A stretch of 64,000 bases of DNA, taken from assembly GCA_965198235.1 (NCBI GenBank), contig OZ240248.1, positions 1,120,001 to 1,184,000 on the forward strand. Reading direction: 5' to 3'. This document shows positions 28,816 to 38,176 of this stretch, piece after piece (positions within the stretch are counted from its first letter, which is position 1; each line of letters starts with the position of its first letter). A program made the translations under genes and the position numbers. The stretch is from Candidatus Poribacteria bacterium (GTDB lineage: Bacteria > Poribacteria > WGA-4E > WGA-3G). The notes beneath the pieces are model-generated. The model searched no databases and was not told the DNA's origin. It saw only the letters and a program-made list of their open reading frames with translations.

Positions 28816-31800
28816 GTGAGGGACAAAAAGGAAATTCCTGCTGAGAGTAAGTCGTACTCTGCTTTGTTCTTTATTCTGTCCGGATTGTTAGGGCTGGTAA
28901 CCTTATGGGGATTCTGGAATGAGATGATTACCCGTCGTCCATGGAAGCAGATCCAGCAGCAATTTTATCAATATGAGTATGAAAAAACACACGCCGAATT
29001 GGAGAACGCAAAATTGGTGCTACCTGAACTTCCTACACTTCAAGAGCCTGACGCGAAAGAACTCGGAAGGTTAACGAAGGAGGTCAGGAATGCCCAAGTT
29101 TCCTTAGACGAAGCCTTACAGGAACGTAAGTTCCGACAGAGCGAGTCGGATGCGATTAACTATAAATATCAGCACAGCCTCCACGAAGCGAAGGGTAAAC
29201 ACAATGAGACTGTTGACAAGTGGCAGAAAAAGTTAGCAGATTTTGAATCCCAAATTGAAGGTGAACTCACCGAAGCCGTTTTGGGAGCGGAAGTTACCTT
29301 TGCAAACGCGAACAAAGCTTTGGCGCAGTTTTATCAAGCCAATGGAGACGCACAAAGTGCCCTGAGCACCTACCTCACCGCCCAGAAATATAACCCTACA
29401 GATACGGAAATTGCTGCCGGTATCACCGCCGCGCAAGCATCCCTTCAATCACTGCAAGCCGACGAAGCAAAATACGACGAAGTTACGCGTCTTGAAGAAA
29501 AACTACATTCGGTGGGAGGTATCAAGCGAACCTTCCTCGGCAGTCTTTTGGAAAATCCTTTCCGTGAAACACGAACCATCGTTCAATACTATCTTGAAGA
29601 CTTTGATTACACCGCAGACAGGTGTGCTACATGCCACTTCTCCGCTGATGGAGACGGGTACGAACGATCCGCGCAAGAGATGTTTGAGGTGGAAGGTGAT
29701 GGTGAAAATCCTGTTGTACATCGTCTCAAACACGCAAGCGTTAAGGTCGGTAGTGAGAATGTTATAATAGATGGATTTGACGCAGAAGCCGATGAATATA
29801 AATTGGAAGAAAACGGGACGCTTACCTTCAGTGACGTAGATGTCTTTGGTGAAATTGAAATCTCTTATGAGACCGGTTACCAGCCCGTCCTTCAAACGCA
29901 TCCCCATCGCGATGTCCTTCTCGCCAAACACCCGGTTGATAGATTTGGATGTACCCCATGCCACGGTGGGCAGGGTCAAGCACTCACAGCGAAAGCCGCT
30001 CACGCCTTGACGCACGCCGAGTACTGGCTCACCCCTGCACTCGGATTGGATGAACATACCGGTAGAACGTCCGAAAAGACGAAAGGATATATGGAATCTA
30101 ACTGTCGCCGCTGCCACGATGGCGTGATGATGTTAGATTACGGCGTGAACCCCGATACAGATGAACCCCAGGACTATGCACCGAATTTAACGAAGGGATT
30201 GGCAGTCTTTGAAGACCTTGGATGTCACGGATGTCATGCTGTTGAAGGGTATAGTGCACTCGAAAACATCGCCAAAGTTGGTCCATCACTTGCGAAAGTC
30301 GGCAGTAAGGTGAAAGATACAACGTGGCTTGAAAGTTGGATTAAGAAACCCGAAGCGTACCTGTCGAATACGACAATGCCGAATTTCTTCCCCGCCGATG
30401 GCATGACGCAGGTCGTCTACCTTAAAAACGGTGGAATACGTACCGGCCTTGTTACCAAAACAGCCGGGGGCATCGTCATTAAAGCGGACGATGGCGCAGA
30501 GTATCCCTACCCTGACAGTTATGTCCTTCGCATTGTTGATGAGGTGAAATCTATCGCAGCTTACCTCGCCGGGATGAACGATGTGGACTTGGATGAATCC
30601 AATGCGACTTATTCCGAATCTGAGCGCGCTATTAAAGCCGGTCAAGAGACGGTCAAGACCGTTGGTTGTCTGACGTGCCATGCTGTTGATGGCTTAGGCA
30701 GTGATTTTGCCCCGGCACTCGACAGTGTTGGCACTAAGGTTACAGCGAGTTACCTCCACCAATGGATTAGCGATCCAAAAGCGTACGACCCAGATACGAG
30801 TATGCCGAGTTTGCGGTTAAGCGCCAGCGAAGTTGACAACGTTGTCGCTTATCTGATGAGTTTGCAACAAGCAACGACCCACGCAGTTACCGAATCCATC
30901 GGTGAGGTGGATGTAGCGGAGGGTGAGACACTCGTCAGGACCTACGGATGTTTCGGTTGTCACACGATTCCCGGTTTTGAAGATGAGTCAAAGGTCGGTG
31001 CAGATCTCGGAGAATTCGGCGCGAAGACTACTGAGGAGTTTGATTTCGGCGACACAGTGGACATTGAACACAGTTGGACGGGGTGGACGCTCGGTAAGGT
31101 TACCAACCCACGACGTTATCAAACCCGCCGTATCGTTTCTCGAATGCCTCTTTTCCAAGTCAGCGACGAAGACGCGAAGGCACTTGCAGTGCTTTTGAAA
31201 AGTTTCCAACCCGAGAAGTATCCGCTGGGTTATATTCATAACCGATCCGAGAAATTGAACGACATTGATGCTGGTAGGCGATTGGTCAAAAAATATAACT
31301 GCACCGGATGCCACGAGATTGAAGGTGCCGGTGGCGATTATCAGGATGTTATCATCGCACACGAAGGGTTAAGTGAGATGATTGCCAAGCAGTTGGCACC
31401 GCCACCGTTGAAAGCGGAGGGCGCAAGGGTCTACCCAGACTGGTTATTTGCGTTCCTCAAAGAACCGTCAGAAATCCGCTACGGACTCAAGGTACGGATG
31501 CCGACATTCGGATTATCTGATGATGAAGCGACAACGCTGGTCAGGTACTTCTCCGCGCTTGATGATGAACCGTTCCCTTATGAAACGCTCGAAACGCCAA
31601 TACCGACGAGTGCTGAATTACGAGTCGGTAAGCAGATTTTTGATACACTTCAGTGTATCTCCTGTCACCCGGCAAAAGGTGAGACAATTCCTGAAGGAAG
31701 TGACAAGGCAGGACGACCAGATCTTGCGTTGGCGAAAGAGCGACTCAAGGCGGATTGGCTCATTGATTGGATGAAGGATCCGCAGACGTTCCAACCCGGA

Positions 31801-31929
31801 ACAGCGATGCCGCAAGCATGGCCCCTCGTTGGTGGGCAACACATGCCACTTGATGGCTATGCTGACGATGATGCTGAAAAACAAATTCGACTCGTCCGAG
31901 ATTACCTCATCTCCTTGGGACGTTTTTAA
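28816..31929 (+). CDS. Membrane-anchored octaheme cytochrome c
   Basis: 8 CxxCH motifs (CATCH, CTPCH, CRRCH, CHGCH, CLTCH, CFGCH, CTGCH, CISCH); N-terminal TM helix and coiled coil; GTG start after AAGGAG. Confidence 0.93.
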   Translation: MRDKKEIPAESKSYSALFFILSGLLGLVTLWGFWNEMITRRPWKQIQQQFYQYEYEKTHAELENAKLVLPELPTLQEPDAKELGRLTKEVRNAQVSLDEALQERKFRQSESDAINYKYQHSLHEAKGKHNETVDKWQKKLADFESQIEGELTEAVLGAEVTFANANKALAQFYQANGDAQSALSTYLTAQKYNPTDTEIAAGITAAQASLQSLQADEAKYDEVTRLEEKLHSVGGIKRTFLGSLLENPFRETRTIVQYYLEDFDYTADRCATCHFSADGDGYERSAQEMFEVEGDGENPVVHRLKHASVKVGSENVIIDGFDAEADEYKLEENGTLTFSDVDVFGEIEISYETGYQPVLQTHPHRDVLLAKHPVDRFGCTPCHGGQGQALTAKAAHALTHAEYWLTPALGLDEHTGRTSEKTKGYMESNCRRCHDGVMMLDYGVNPDTDEPQDYAPNLTKGLAVFEDLGCHGCHAVEGYSALENIAKVGPSLAKVGSKVKDTTWLESWIKKPEAYLSNTTMPNFFPADGMTQVVYLKNGGIRTGLVTKTAGGIVIKADDGAEYPYPDSYVLRIVDEVKSIAAYLAGMNDVDLDESNATYSESERAIKAGQETVKTVGCLTCHAVDGLGSDFAPALDSVGTKVTASYLHQWISDPKAYDPDTSMPSLRLSASEVDNVVAYLMSLQQATTHAVTESIGEVDVAEGETLVRTYGCFGCHTIPGFEDESKVGADLGEFGAKTTEEFDFGDTVDIEHSWTGWTLGKVTNPRRYQTRRIVSRMPLFQVSDEDAKALAVLLKSFQPEKYPLGYIHNRSEKLNDIDAGRRLVKKYNCTGCHEIEGAGGDYQDVIIAHEGLSEMIAKQLAPPPLKAEGARVYPDWLFAFLKEPSEIRYGLKVRMPTFGLSDDEATTLVRYFSALDDEPFPYETLETPIPTSAELRVGKQIFDTLQCISCHPAKGETIPEGSDKAGRPDLALAKERLKADWLIDWMKDPQTFQPGTAMPQAWPLVGGQHMPLDGYADDDAEKQIRLVRDYLISLGRF

Positions 31930-32163
31930 ACTATGGCCTCCTGGGCATCGTTTCACGATGGTTTCTGGTTAATTCTGTGCTGGGTTTGGGAACGCTTACA
32001 TGCTCCTAATTTCTCGTTTTGGGTTAAGTCAACGTACAAGTTTCCATTCCGAGTCGCGACGTGACCAGAAACCTGCTCGGAATGAAATTAGGTTTCCTTA
32101 AATGGCATAATTTGTCTTTGCTTTACATTTGGAGAGCAGTCCAGGAACCCATAAATTAAAAAT

Positions 32164-32520
32164 ATGAGACACCTTGCGGTCGTTATCGTTATGATTATTG
32201 TGTGGCTCAACGGCTTAATCTGGTTGGGGAAGCAGGTCGACCCGAGTACGAAGTATCAGTCAGAGGTTGAATACAAGTACGCTCGGTACTGCGCAGGATG
32301 CCATGGAAACAATGGAGAGGGCAACGGACGTATCGGACGTTTCAAAAAATTGGATCCCGCAGACCTAACGGACAACAACCTTTGGGAGATGCACAGCGAT
32401 GAGCAATTGCTGGATAGTATCAATACGGGGAAAGATGATATGCCAGCGTTTTACTATTACCTCAATGATGAGGAACAACGGGAGATACTCGCCTATATTA
32501 AGGAGACGTTTCGTCCGTAA
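32164..32520 (+). CDS. Monoheme cytochrome c
   Basis: CAGCHG, distal MP, N-terminal hydrophobic segment. Confidence 0.9.
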   Translation: MRHLAVVIVMIIVWLNGLIWLGKQVDPSTKYQSEVEYKYARYCAGCHGNNGEGNGRIGRFKKLDPADLTDNNLWEMHSDEQLLDSINTGKDDMPAFYYYLNDEEQREILAYIKETFRP

Positions 32521-32765
32521 CTTGAAAACAGATCTTTAAAAATCAGATTTCTAACTATGGGTCTCTGAGCTGTGCTCCATTACATTCCGCACAGGTTTCC
32601 GGTTCAGTTTAAATCCTTTTCAAACCTTGAGCAGGTTTTTACTTTACTGAAAACCATCGTGGAACGATGCCCAGATTTGATAGTTTAAAAATTTGTTTGC
32701 ATCCTGAAACTTTGGGGTGTTAATATATTGCAGGCTAAATTTAAAGTATAAAGGAGAAACTAATT

Positions 32766-33515
32766 ATGAAAGTTTTAGTCGCTTTGCTTGTCTTTGGAAT
32801 GCTGGCGAGTGTTGCGTTCGCAGGCAACATCACCGGCACCGTAATGTATGAAGGCGACGCACCCGCGCGTCCTGACTTGACAGCAACCAAGGACCAGCAT
32901 TGTATTGACGCTGTAGCAGGCACAAAATCCGAGGCACTTGTTGTCTCAAAAGGGAAAGGTCTCAAGAACGTTGTCATTTACGCGCGCGTCCGCGGTGCCA
33001 AAGTTACTGTGCCAGATAAAAATCCCGTCATGGACCAGAAGGGATGCGCTTACTACCCGCACGTTCTCGCGGTTGTTGCCGGTTCTACCATCGATATTAC
33101 CTCCAGCGACCCAGTGGCGCACAACGTCCACTCCCACGCCAAAAAGAATGACGCGATAAACTATCAGATTCCGCAGCCCGGAAAAGCTATCCCACACAAA
33201 GTCGCCAAGGCTGAAGATATTAAGTTCACGTGCGATATCCACGCGTGGATGACCGGCTACATCGTCGCGGTTAATAGCAACTATTTTACGGTCACCGGTT
33301 ACAAAAATGCTGAGGACGGATGGCTCAGTTCAGGTGCGTATGAAAAATCAACGGATCCCGGCAATTATACAATCGCAGATGTGCCTGCTGGTACGGTCCG
33401 TGTCGTTGCATGGCATGAAGAACTCGGTTCAGCAAACAAAAAGGTTGAAGTTCCAGCGAGTGGCGATATTGCTGTAAACTTCACGAGTGCTGACTTTAAG
33501 AAACGCGCCAAGTAA
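32766..33515 (+). CDS. Secreted cupredoxin-like/carboxypeptidase-regulatory-domain protein
   Basis: Signal peptide; DQKGC..PHV, HNVH, CDIHAWM (potential type-1 Cu ligands). Confidence 0.8.
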   Translation: MKVLVALLVFGMLASVAFAGNITGTVMYEGDAPARPDLTATKDQHCIDAVAGTKSEALVVSKGKGLKNVVIYARVRGAKVTVPDKNPVMDQKGCAYYPHVLAVVAGSTIDITSSDPVAHNVHSHAKKNDAINYQIPQPGKAIPHKVAKAEDIKFTCDIHAWMTGYIVAVNSNYFTVTGYKNAEDGWLSSGAYEKSTDPGNYTIADVPAGTVRVVAWHEELGSANKKVEVPASGDIAVNFTSADFKKRAK

Positions 33516-33699
33516 TAGTTCGCAACAAATTCTATTAAAAGCCGCCGCGGGTCGGTGAATACCCGCCTTAATTTACAACAGAAAGAGGCGGCGTTCTTCC
33601 CCAAAGTAGTAGGGTCTTTAAAAGCCACACGCGGCTTTCTCCCTCCGTATGCCGTTCACAATGGATGCCTAAAGTTGGGGTGCCACGCCGGGATTTTTG

Positions 33700-35616
33700 A
33701 TGACGAAAATATCTAAAAAAAGGCTCTATCTCATACTTGGCTGTGTACTTATCGCTTATGCCGTGTTAGCCGTTGCGCCGGTGTTTGCACAGGACGCGAC
33801 CGAGGCTGAATATCGCACCTTCCCAAAGATTGGCAGCCGAAACGCAGCATGGATCGCTGCGCAACTCCACCTGTTATTCGGATCTTTTATTCTCGGTGTC
33901 CCGATGTTCGCCGTTATCATCGAATTTATCGGCTGGAAGACGAAGGACATGCGATACGATCGGATGGCGCAAGAGTTCATTAAACTCTGTATGGGTGCGT
34001 TTTCGACGACAGCCTTACTCGGTGGTGTTCTCGTCTTCATCCTCATCTGGTGTTACCCCAAAGTGATGACGAAGCTCAGTGGGATATTCGGACCGACGAT
34101 GATTTTTTACGTTGTCCTATTCTTCGGGGAAACCTTTACGCTTTACCTTTACTCCTACGGATGGGATAAGATGCAGGGACACCATAAAGGGTGGCATCTT
34201 TTCCTTGGTGTTCTCTTGAATGTGTTCGGCACTGCGATCATGTTCGTTTCTAACTCATGGTTGAGTTACCAAACCAGTCCTGCAACCCAATACGGTGTAC
34301 TATCTGAAGGAAGACGGAAATCTTGGATAGAGGAAAAATTGGCTGCAGATCCAGCACTCACGCCTGAAACCGCTATGGAGGGGGTCACAAGCCATACGAC
34401 AGTGCCGCTCCACAACGAGACAACAGGCGAGTTCATGGGGACCGTTTGGGATGCCGTCAACAATTTTACGTGGATGCCTGTTAATATCCACCGCCTCGTC
34501 GGGAACATCGCTTTCGGAGGATCGATTGTAGCGGCTTATGCCGCGTTCCGATTCCTCGTCGCCAAGACGAAAGAGGACAAAGCACACTACGATTGGATGG
34601 GCTATACTGGAAACTTCATCGCACTCTGCGGACTCATTCCACTGCCTTTCCTCGGCTATTGGCTCGGTAGAGAAATCTACATGTTCAATAACACGATGGG
34701 CATTAACATGATGGGGAGTCTGTTCTCTTGGCTATTTATTATTCAGGCAGTGATGATTGGTGTCCTGTTTATTGGGGCAAACTACTATCTTTGGTCAGGC
34801 ATGGGGCGGATTGAAGGGGCAGAGGTCTATGCGCGCTATCGTCCGTATATGATTACCGTTATCATTATCTGTGTTGCAATCTGGATGACGCCACGGACAC
34901 TCTCTAAGATCTCAAGTGCCAATGAACTGAGCGCGATGGGCGGTGCAAACCACCCACACCTCGGATTGTTCGGCTTGATGACTGCCAAAAATACGGCGGT
35001 TAACATCATTATTCTCACCACTTTCTTGAGTTTCCTATTTTATCGGCGTTCAGGCAAAATACCTACGGCGAGTTGGAAAAAGGTTGGCAATATCGCTATC
35101 TCTTCGGTCTTTTTCCTCGCGACTGTCTCAATTGTCGTTATCGGTATCGTCGGATTTACCGTTCCGACAGATTTACGGGTCAATATCCTTACGCCTTATC
35201 AGGTCCTGGTTGCGCTCGCTGTGATGGCAGTCGTAACAATCGTCGATATTTTTATGTACCGCAAGGCGACAACATCTGGCACCATTAAATGGGGAGAGAT
35301 GACAGATCGCTCACAATATGTGTTAATTCTTGTGGCAATTACGTTTACTTCCTTGATGGGACTGATGGGATACGCGCGCTCAGGGCTTCGAGAGGCGTGG
35401 CATATCTTCGGGGTCATGCAGGATACGTCTGCTGATGCCTTTACCCCGCTTCTCAGTGAGGCAGTGAATATGGTGGCAATCATCATGGTAGTCTTCTTTG
35501 CGCTCGTCGGGTTTATCTTCTGGCTCGGTTTGTGGGGCGAAAAGAAGAAGGAAGAGCCAGCAGCTATCACCGAACCAACTGTTGCTGCGGAAGGTGATTC
35601 AGAAACCCGCTCGTAA
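33700..35616 (+). CDS. Cytochrome bd-like oxidase subunit I (CydA-like, Nitrospira-type), no CydB partner
   Basis: AQLHLLFGSFILGVP, FFGETF, SNSWL, NIHRLVGN, MGYARSGLR..W; about 14 TM segments. Confidence 0.85.
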   Translation: MTKISKKRLYLILGCVLIAYAVLAVAPVFAQDATEAEYRTFPKIGSRNAAWIAAQLHLLFGSFILGVPMFAVIIEFIGWKTKDMRYDRMAQEFIKLCMGAFSTTALLGGVLVFILIWCYPKVMTKLSGIFGPTMIFYVVLFFGETFTLYLYSYGWDKMQGHHKGWHLFLGVLLNVFGTAIMFVSNSWLSYQTSPATQYGVLSEGRRKSWIEEKLAADPALTPETAMEGVTSHTTVPLHNETTGEFMGTVWDAVNNFTWMPVNIHRLVGNIAFGGSIVAAYAAFRFLVAKTKEDKAHYDWMGYTGNFIALCGLIPLPFLGYWLGREIYMFNNTMGINMMGSLFSWLFIIQAVMIGVLFIGANYYLWSGMGRIEGAEVYARYRPYMITVIIICVAIWMTPRTLSKISSANELSAMGGANHPHLGLFGLMTAKNTAVNIIILTTFLSFLFYRRSGKIPTASWKKVGNIAISSVFFLATVSIVVIGIVGFTVPTDLRVNILTPYQVLVALAVMAVVTIVDIFMYRKATTSGTIKWGEMTDRSQYVLILVAITFTSLMGLMGYARSGLREAWHIFGVMQDTSADAFTPLLSEAVNMVAIIMVVFFALVGFIFWLGLWGEKKKEEPAAITEPTVAAEGDSETRS

Positions 35617-35655
35617 TGAAATGGAGAGCGGAGCGAAAACTTAATAGTTAAAAAT

Positions 35656-37167
35656 ATGTCAAGAAATACACTCATAAAAATTGCGAGTCTAATCCTAATG
35701 GTGGTGAGTTTCATCGCCTATATTGCGGGTGCATCCGCATTTCCGATTGCCTCGGAGAACTTGCTACCGTGGTCGGTCTGGTTTCTGATTTCAGTGATCG
35801 TAAACATCGTTTTGTGGTCGAGCGTCATGAAGTTGTTGACGTTTTCGCTTGCCGTGATATGGTTTTACGCCTTTGTCGCGGGCCTTGTCCCGGAAAGTTC
35901 TACGGCAGTAAACCTGACTGAGCTGGATTGGAGCGACCCAGACGCAGTTGCGGAGCAGGGTGCCTTGGTGTTTAACGGCAAAGGTCAATGTAGCGCGTGT
36001 CATACCGTCGATACCTCCGCACCGAAAGGGAGATGTCCCGATCTTACAGACATCGGCATTAACGCCGCCAGCCGCGTCCCTGGTATGGAGGCAAAAGCCT
36101 ATCTCATTGAATCGCTTTACGAACCCGCCAAATATCTTGTCCCCGGATACGGCAAGATTATGCCAGAGATATGGAAAGCCCCCATCGCGCTCTCTAAATT
36201 AGAGATTGAAGCAGTTATCGCCTATCTCCAGAGTCAAGGCGGCGAAATTGATCCCACTCCGTTTGATGAGCCTATAGACCGCGCAGACACCGCAACCGCC
36301 GCTGCAGCACTTCCACCCCTGCTCACCGGTGACCCAGATATGGGTAAAAAAGTTTTTGTGACTGCCGCATGTATCTCATGCCATGTAGTACAAGGTATAG
36401 AAAGTCCGGCAGCGGGTGAAACCGATACAGATTTTGAAGTCGTCACTGCGCCTGAACTCTCCGAAATAGCTGCGTTTAATGACATGCGCTACCTTGAGGA
36501 GTCAATCCTGAAACCCAGCGCACAAATTGTCAGCGGTTACGGTGCCGTTACCGTCCGTGCCAACGGGACGACCTTGCAAGGAACACTTGTTTCGCAGGAT
36601 ACAGAACAGATTATCGTCCGAACCAAAACAGCCGATGGCGTGGAAGAAGAGCACACCCTCTTGCTGAGCGAGCTTGATGATGAACCGATTGAGGATCTCA
36701 CGAATCTGCAAGCGAACGGCTATTTTACGTTGACACTAACGCCTGTGGATGCGGATACTCCGGTAAGCGGTGAAATCGTTTCGGAAACTGATGACACCGT
36801 GACGCTTAAGGTCGACGGCGAAAATCGGACATTTTCTAAAACAGATGTGAAAAGCCAAATGACCGTTATCACTTTTGATGATGATGAAATTGTTGGCGAA
36901 TACGTTTCAGGCACGATGGACGACGACGAAATCGTTCTAATGGTTGACGGGAGCGAAGAGGTATTTGATACATTTGATTTAAACGAAGCTACTTTTACCC
37001 GTGCCTTTGGCAAAAAGTTGTTCGTTACATCGCCGATGCCCGAAAACTTTCCGATGCTGTTATCGGTATTGGATATGAGTAATTTGCTCTCTTTCTTAAG
37101 CACACTCACTGGGGCAACAGCGGAAGCAGCTTCTGAAGGGGCAGCGGAGGGAACTCCCGCGGAATAA
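35656..37167 (+). CDS. Membrane-anchored diheme cytochrome c
   Basis: N-terminal TMs; CSACH and CISCH; YL.ES..P motifs; acidic beta-rich region. Confidence 0.88.
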   Translation: MSRNTLIKIASLILMVVSFIAYIAGASAFPIASENLLPWSVWFLISVIVNIVLWSSVMKLLTFSLAVIWFYAFVAGLVPESSTAVNLTELDWSDPDAVAEQGALVFNGKGQCSACHTVDTSAPKGRCPDLTDIGINAASRVPGMEAKAYLIESLYEPAKYLVPGYGKIMPEIWKAPIALSKLEIEAVIAYLQSQGGEIDPTPFDEPIDRADTATAAAALPPLLTGDPDMGKKVFVTAACISCHVVQGIESPAAGETDTDFEVVTAPELSEIAAFNDMRYLEESILKPSAQIVSGYGAVTVRANGTTLQGTLVSQDTEQIIVRTKTADGVEEEHTLLLSELDDEPIEDLTNLQANGYFTLTLTPVDADTPVSGEIVSETDDTVTLKVDGENRTFSKTDVKSQMTVITFDDDEIVGEYVSGTMDDDEIVLMVDGSEEVFDTFDLNEATFTRAFGKKLFVTSPMPENFPMLLSVLDMSNLLSFLSTLTGATAEAASEGAAEGTPAE

Positions 37168-37397
37168 CAAATAACGAATCGTGCTACGGTGAACGTAGTC
37201 CCATACCGTCGCTGGCGAGGAGTGCATCCTCGCTCTGTAATGTCCAAGTAAAGGATTTTCTTTTAATTGCTTGAAAAGTTTCAAATCCAGTCTCAAATTA
37301 ACCAAAAGCCTGCCTGAAATGAAATTATGCCTTAAATGGCATAATTTGTCTTTGCTTTACATTTGGAAGGCAGAGCAGAAACTTAATAATTAAAAAC

Positions 37398-38174
37398 ATG
37401 AAAAGACTGTCGCTCTTCACAATATGTCTCATAATTCTGGTTGGTTCTTGGGCACTTCTGCGGTTCTTCGTTGGAGGTGTCGTCTCAGTGCCTATACCGG
37501 GCAGCGTGATTGCGATGTATATGGGGTTGATTATAATCGCTATCTTGGTGCATATCTCCGTTGAGGACTCACTCTTTCGAGAATTTCTGCGCCCCATCCA
37601 TGAAACACTCATCGATGACAATCGCCGTGTCCGCCGCCGTGTTATCGCAGTGTTAATCCCGCTGTTCTTACTCGGTTATACCTATTCGATTATCGCACAA
37701 CGGACGAACCCGCCTGGGAATCCGCGTGATGCCCATCCATCACCACCCCTTGAATTAACCCATAAGGATGAAGTTATCGGCACCATGCAAGAGGTCGAAA
37801 ACCCCTTTCGCCACTATGAAAAGGACGATCCAGAAGCGTTCAAAGCGCACGTTGAAAACGGCAGGCGCGTCTACTACCAGAACTGCTTTTACTGCCATGG
37901 AGATCATTTGGATGGACAGGGGCACTTTGCGACTCACCTCCAACCGATTCCTGCTAATTTCCAAGATCCGGGGATTATCCCTAACTTCCAGGAGTCTTTC
38001 CTGTTCTGGCGAATAGCCAAGGGCGGACCGGGATTACCGGCAGCGGGGACACCTTGGGATTCAGCGATGCCTATCTGGGAGAACTACTTGACAAAAGACG
38101 AAATTTGGGACGTGATTCTCTTTCTATCCGATTACACCGGTTATCAGCCACGAACCTTTGGGGAGGGACACTAA
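37398..38174 (+). CDS. Membrane-anchored monoheme cytochrome c
   Basis: CFYCHG, FWRIAKGGPGLP..SAMP. Confidence 0.9.
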   Translation: MKRLSLFTICLIILVGSWALLRFFVGGVVSVPIPGSVIAMYMGLIIIAILVHISVEDSLFREFLRPIHETLIDDNRRVRRRVIAVLIPLFLLGYTYSIIAQRTNPPGNPRDAHPSPPLELTHKDEVIGTMQEVENPFRHYEKDDPEAFKAHVENGRRVYYQNCFYCHGDHLDGQGHFATHLQPIPANFQDPGIIPNFQESFLFWRIAKGGPGLPAAGTPWDSAMPIWENYLTKDEIWDVILFLSDYTGYQPRTFGEGH

Positions 38175-38176
38175 AA

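Noticed and set aside
29233-31956. Antisense and alternate-frame ORFs over the large genes (here and throughout the track)
   Set aside because: They overlap well-supported CDSs and have no RBS or motif support, so they are shadow ORFs.
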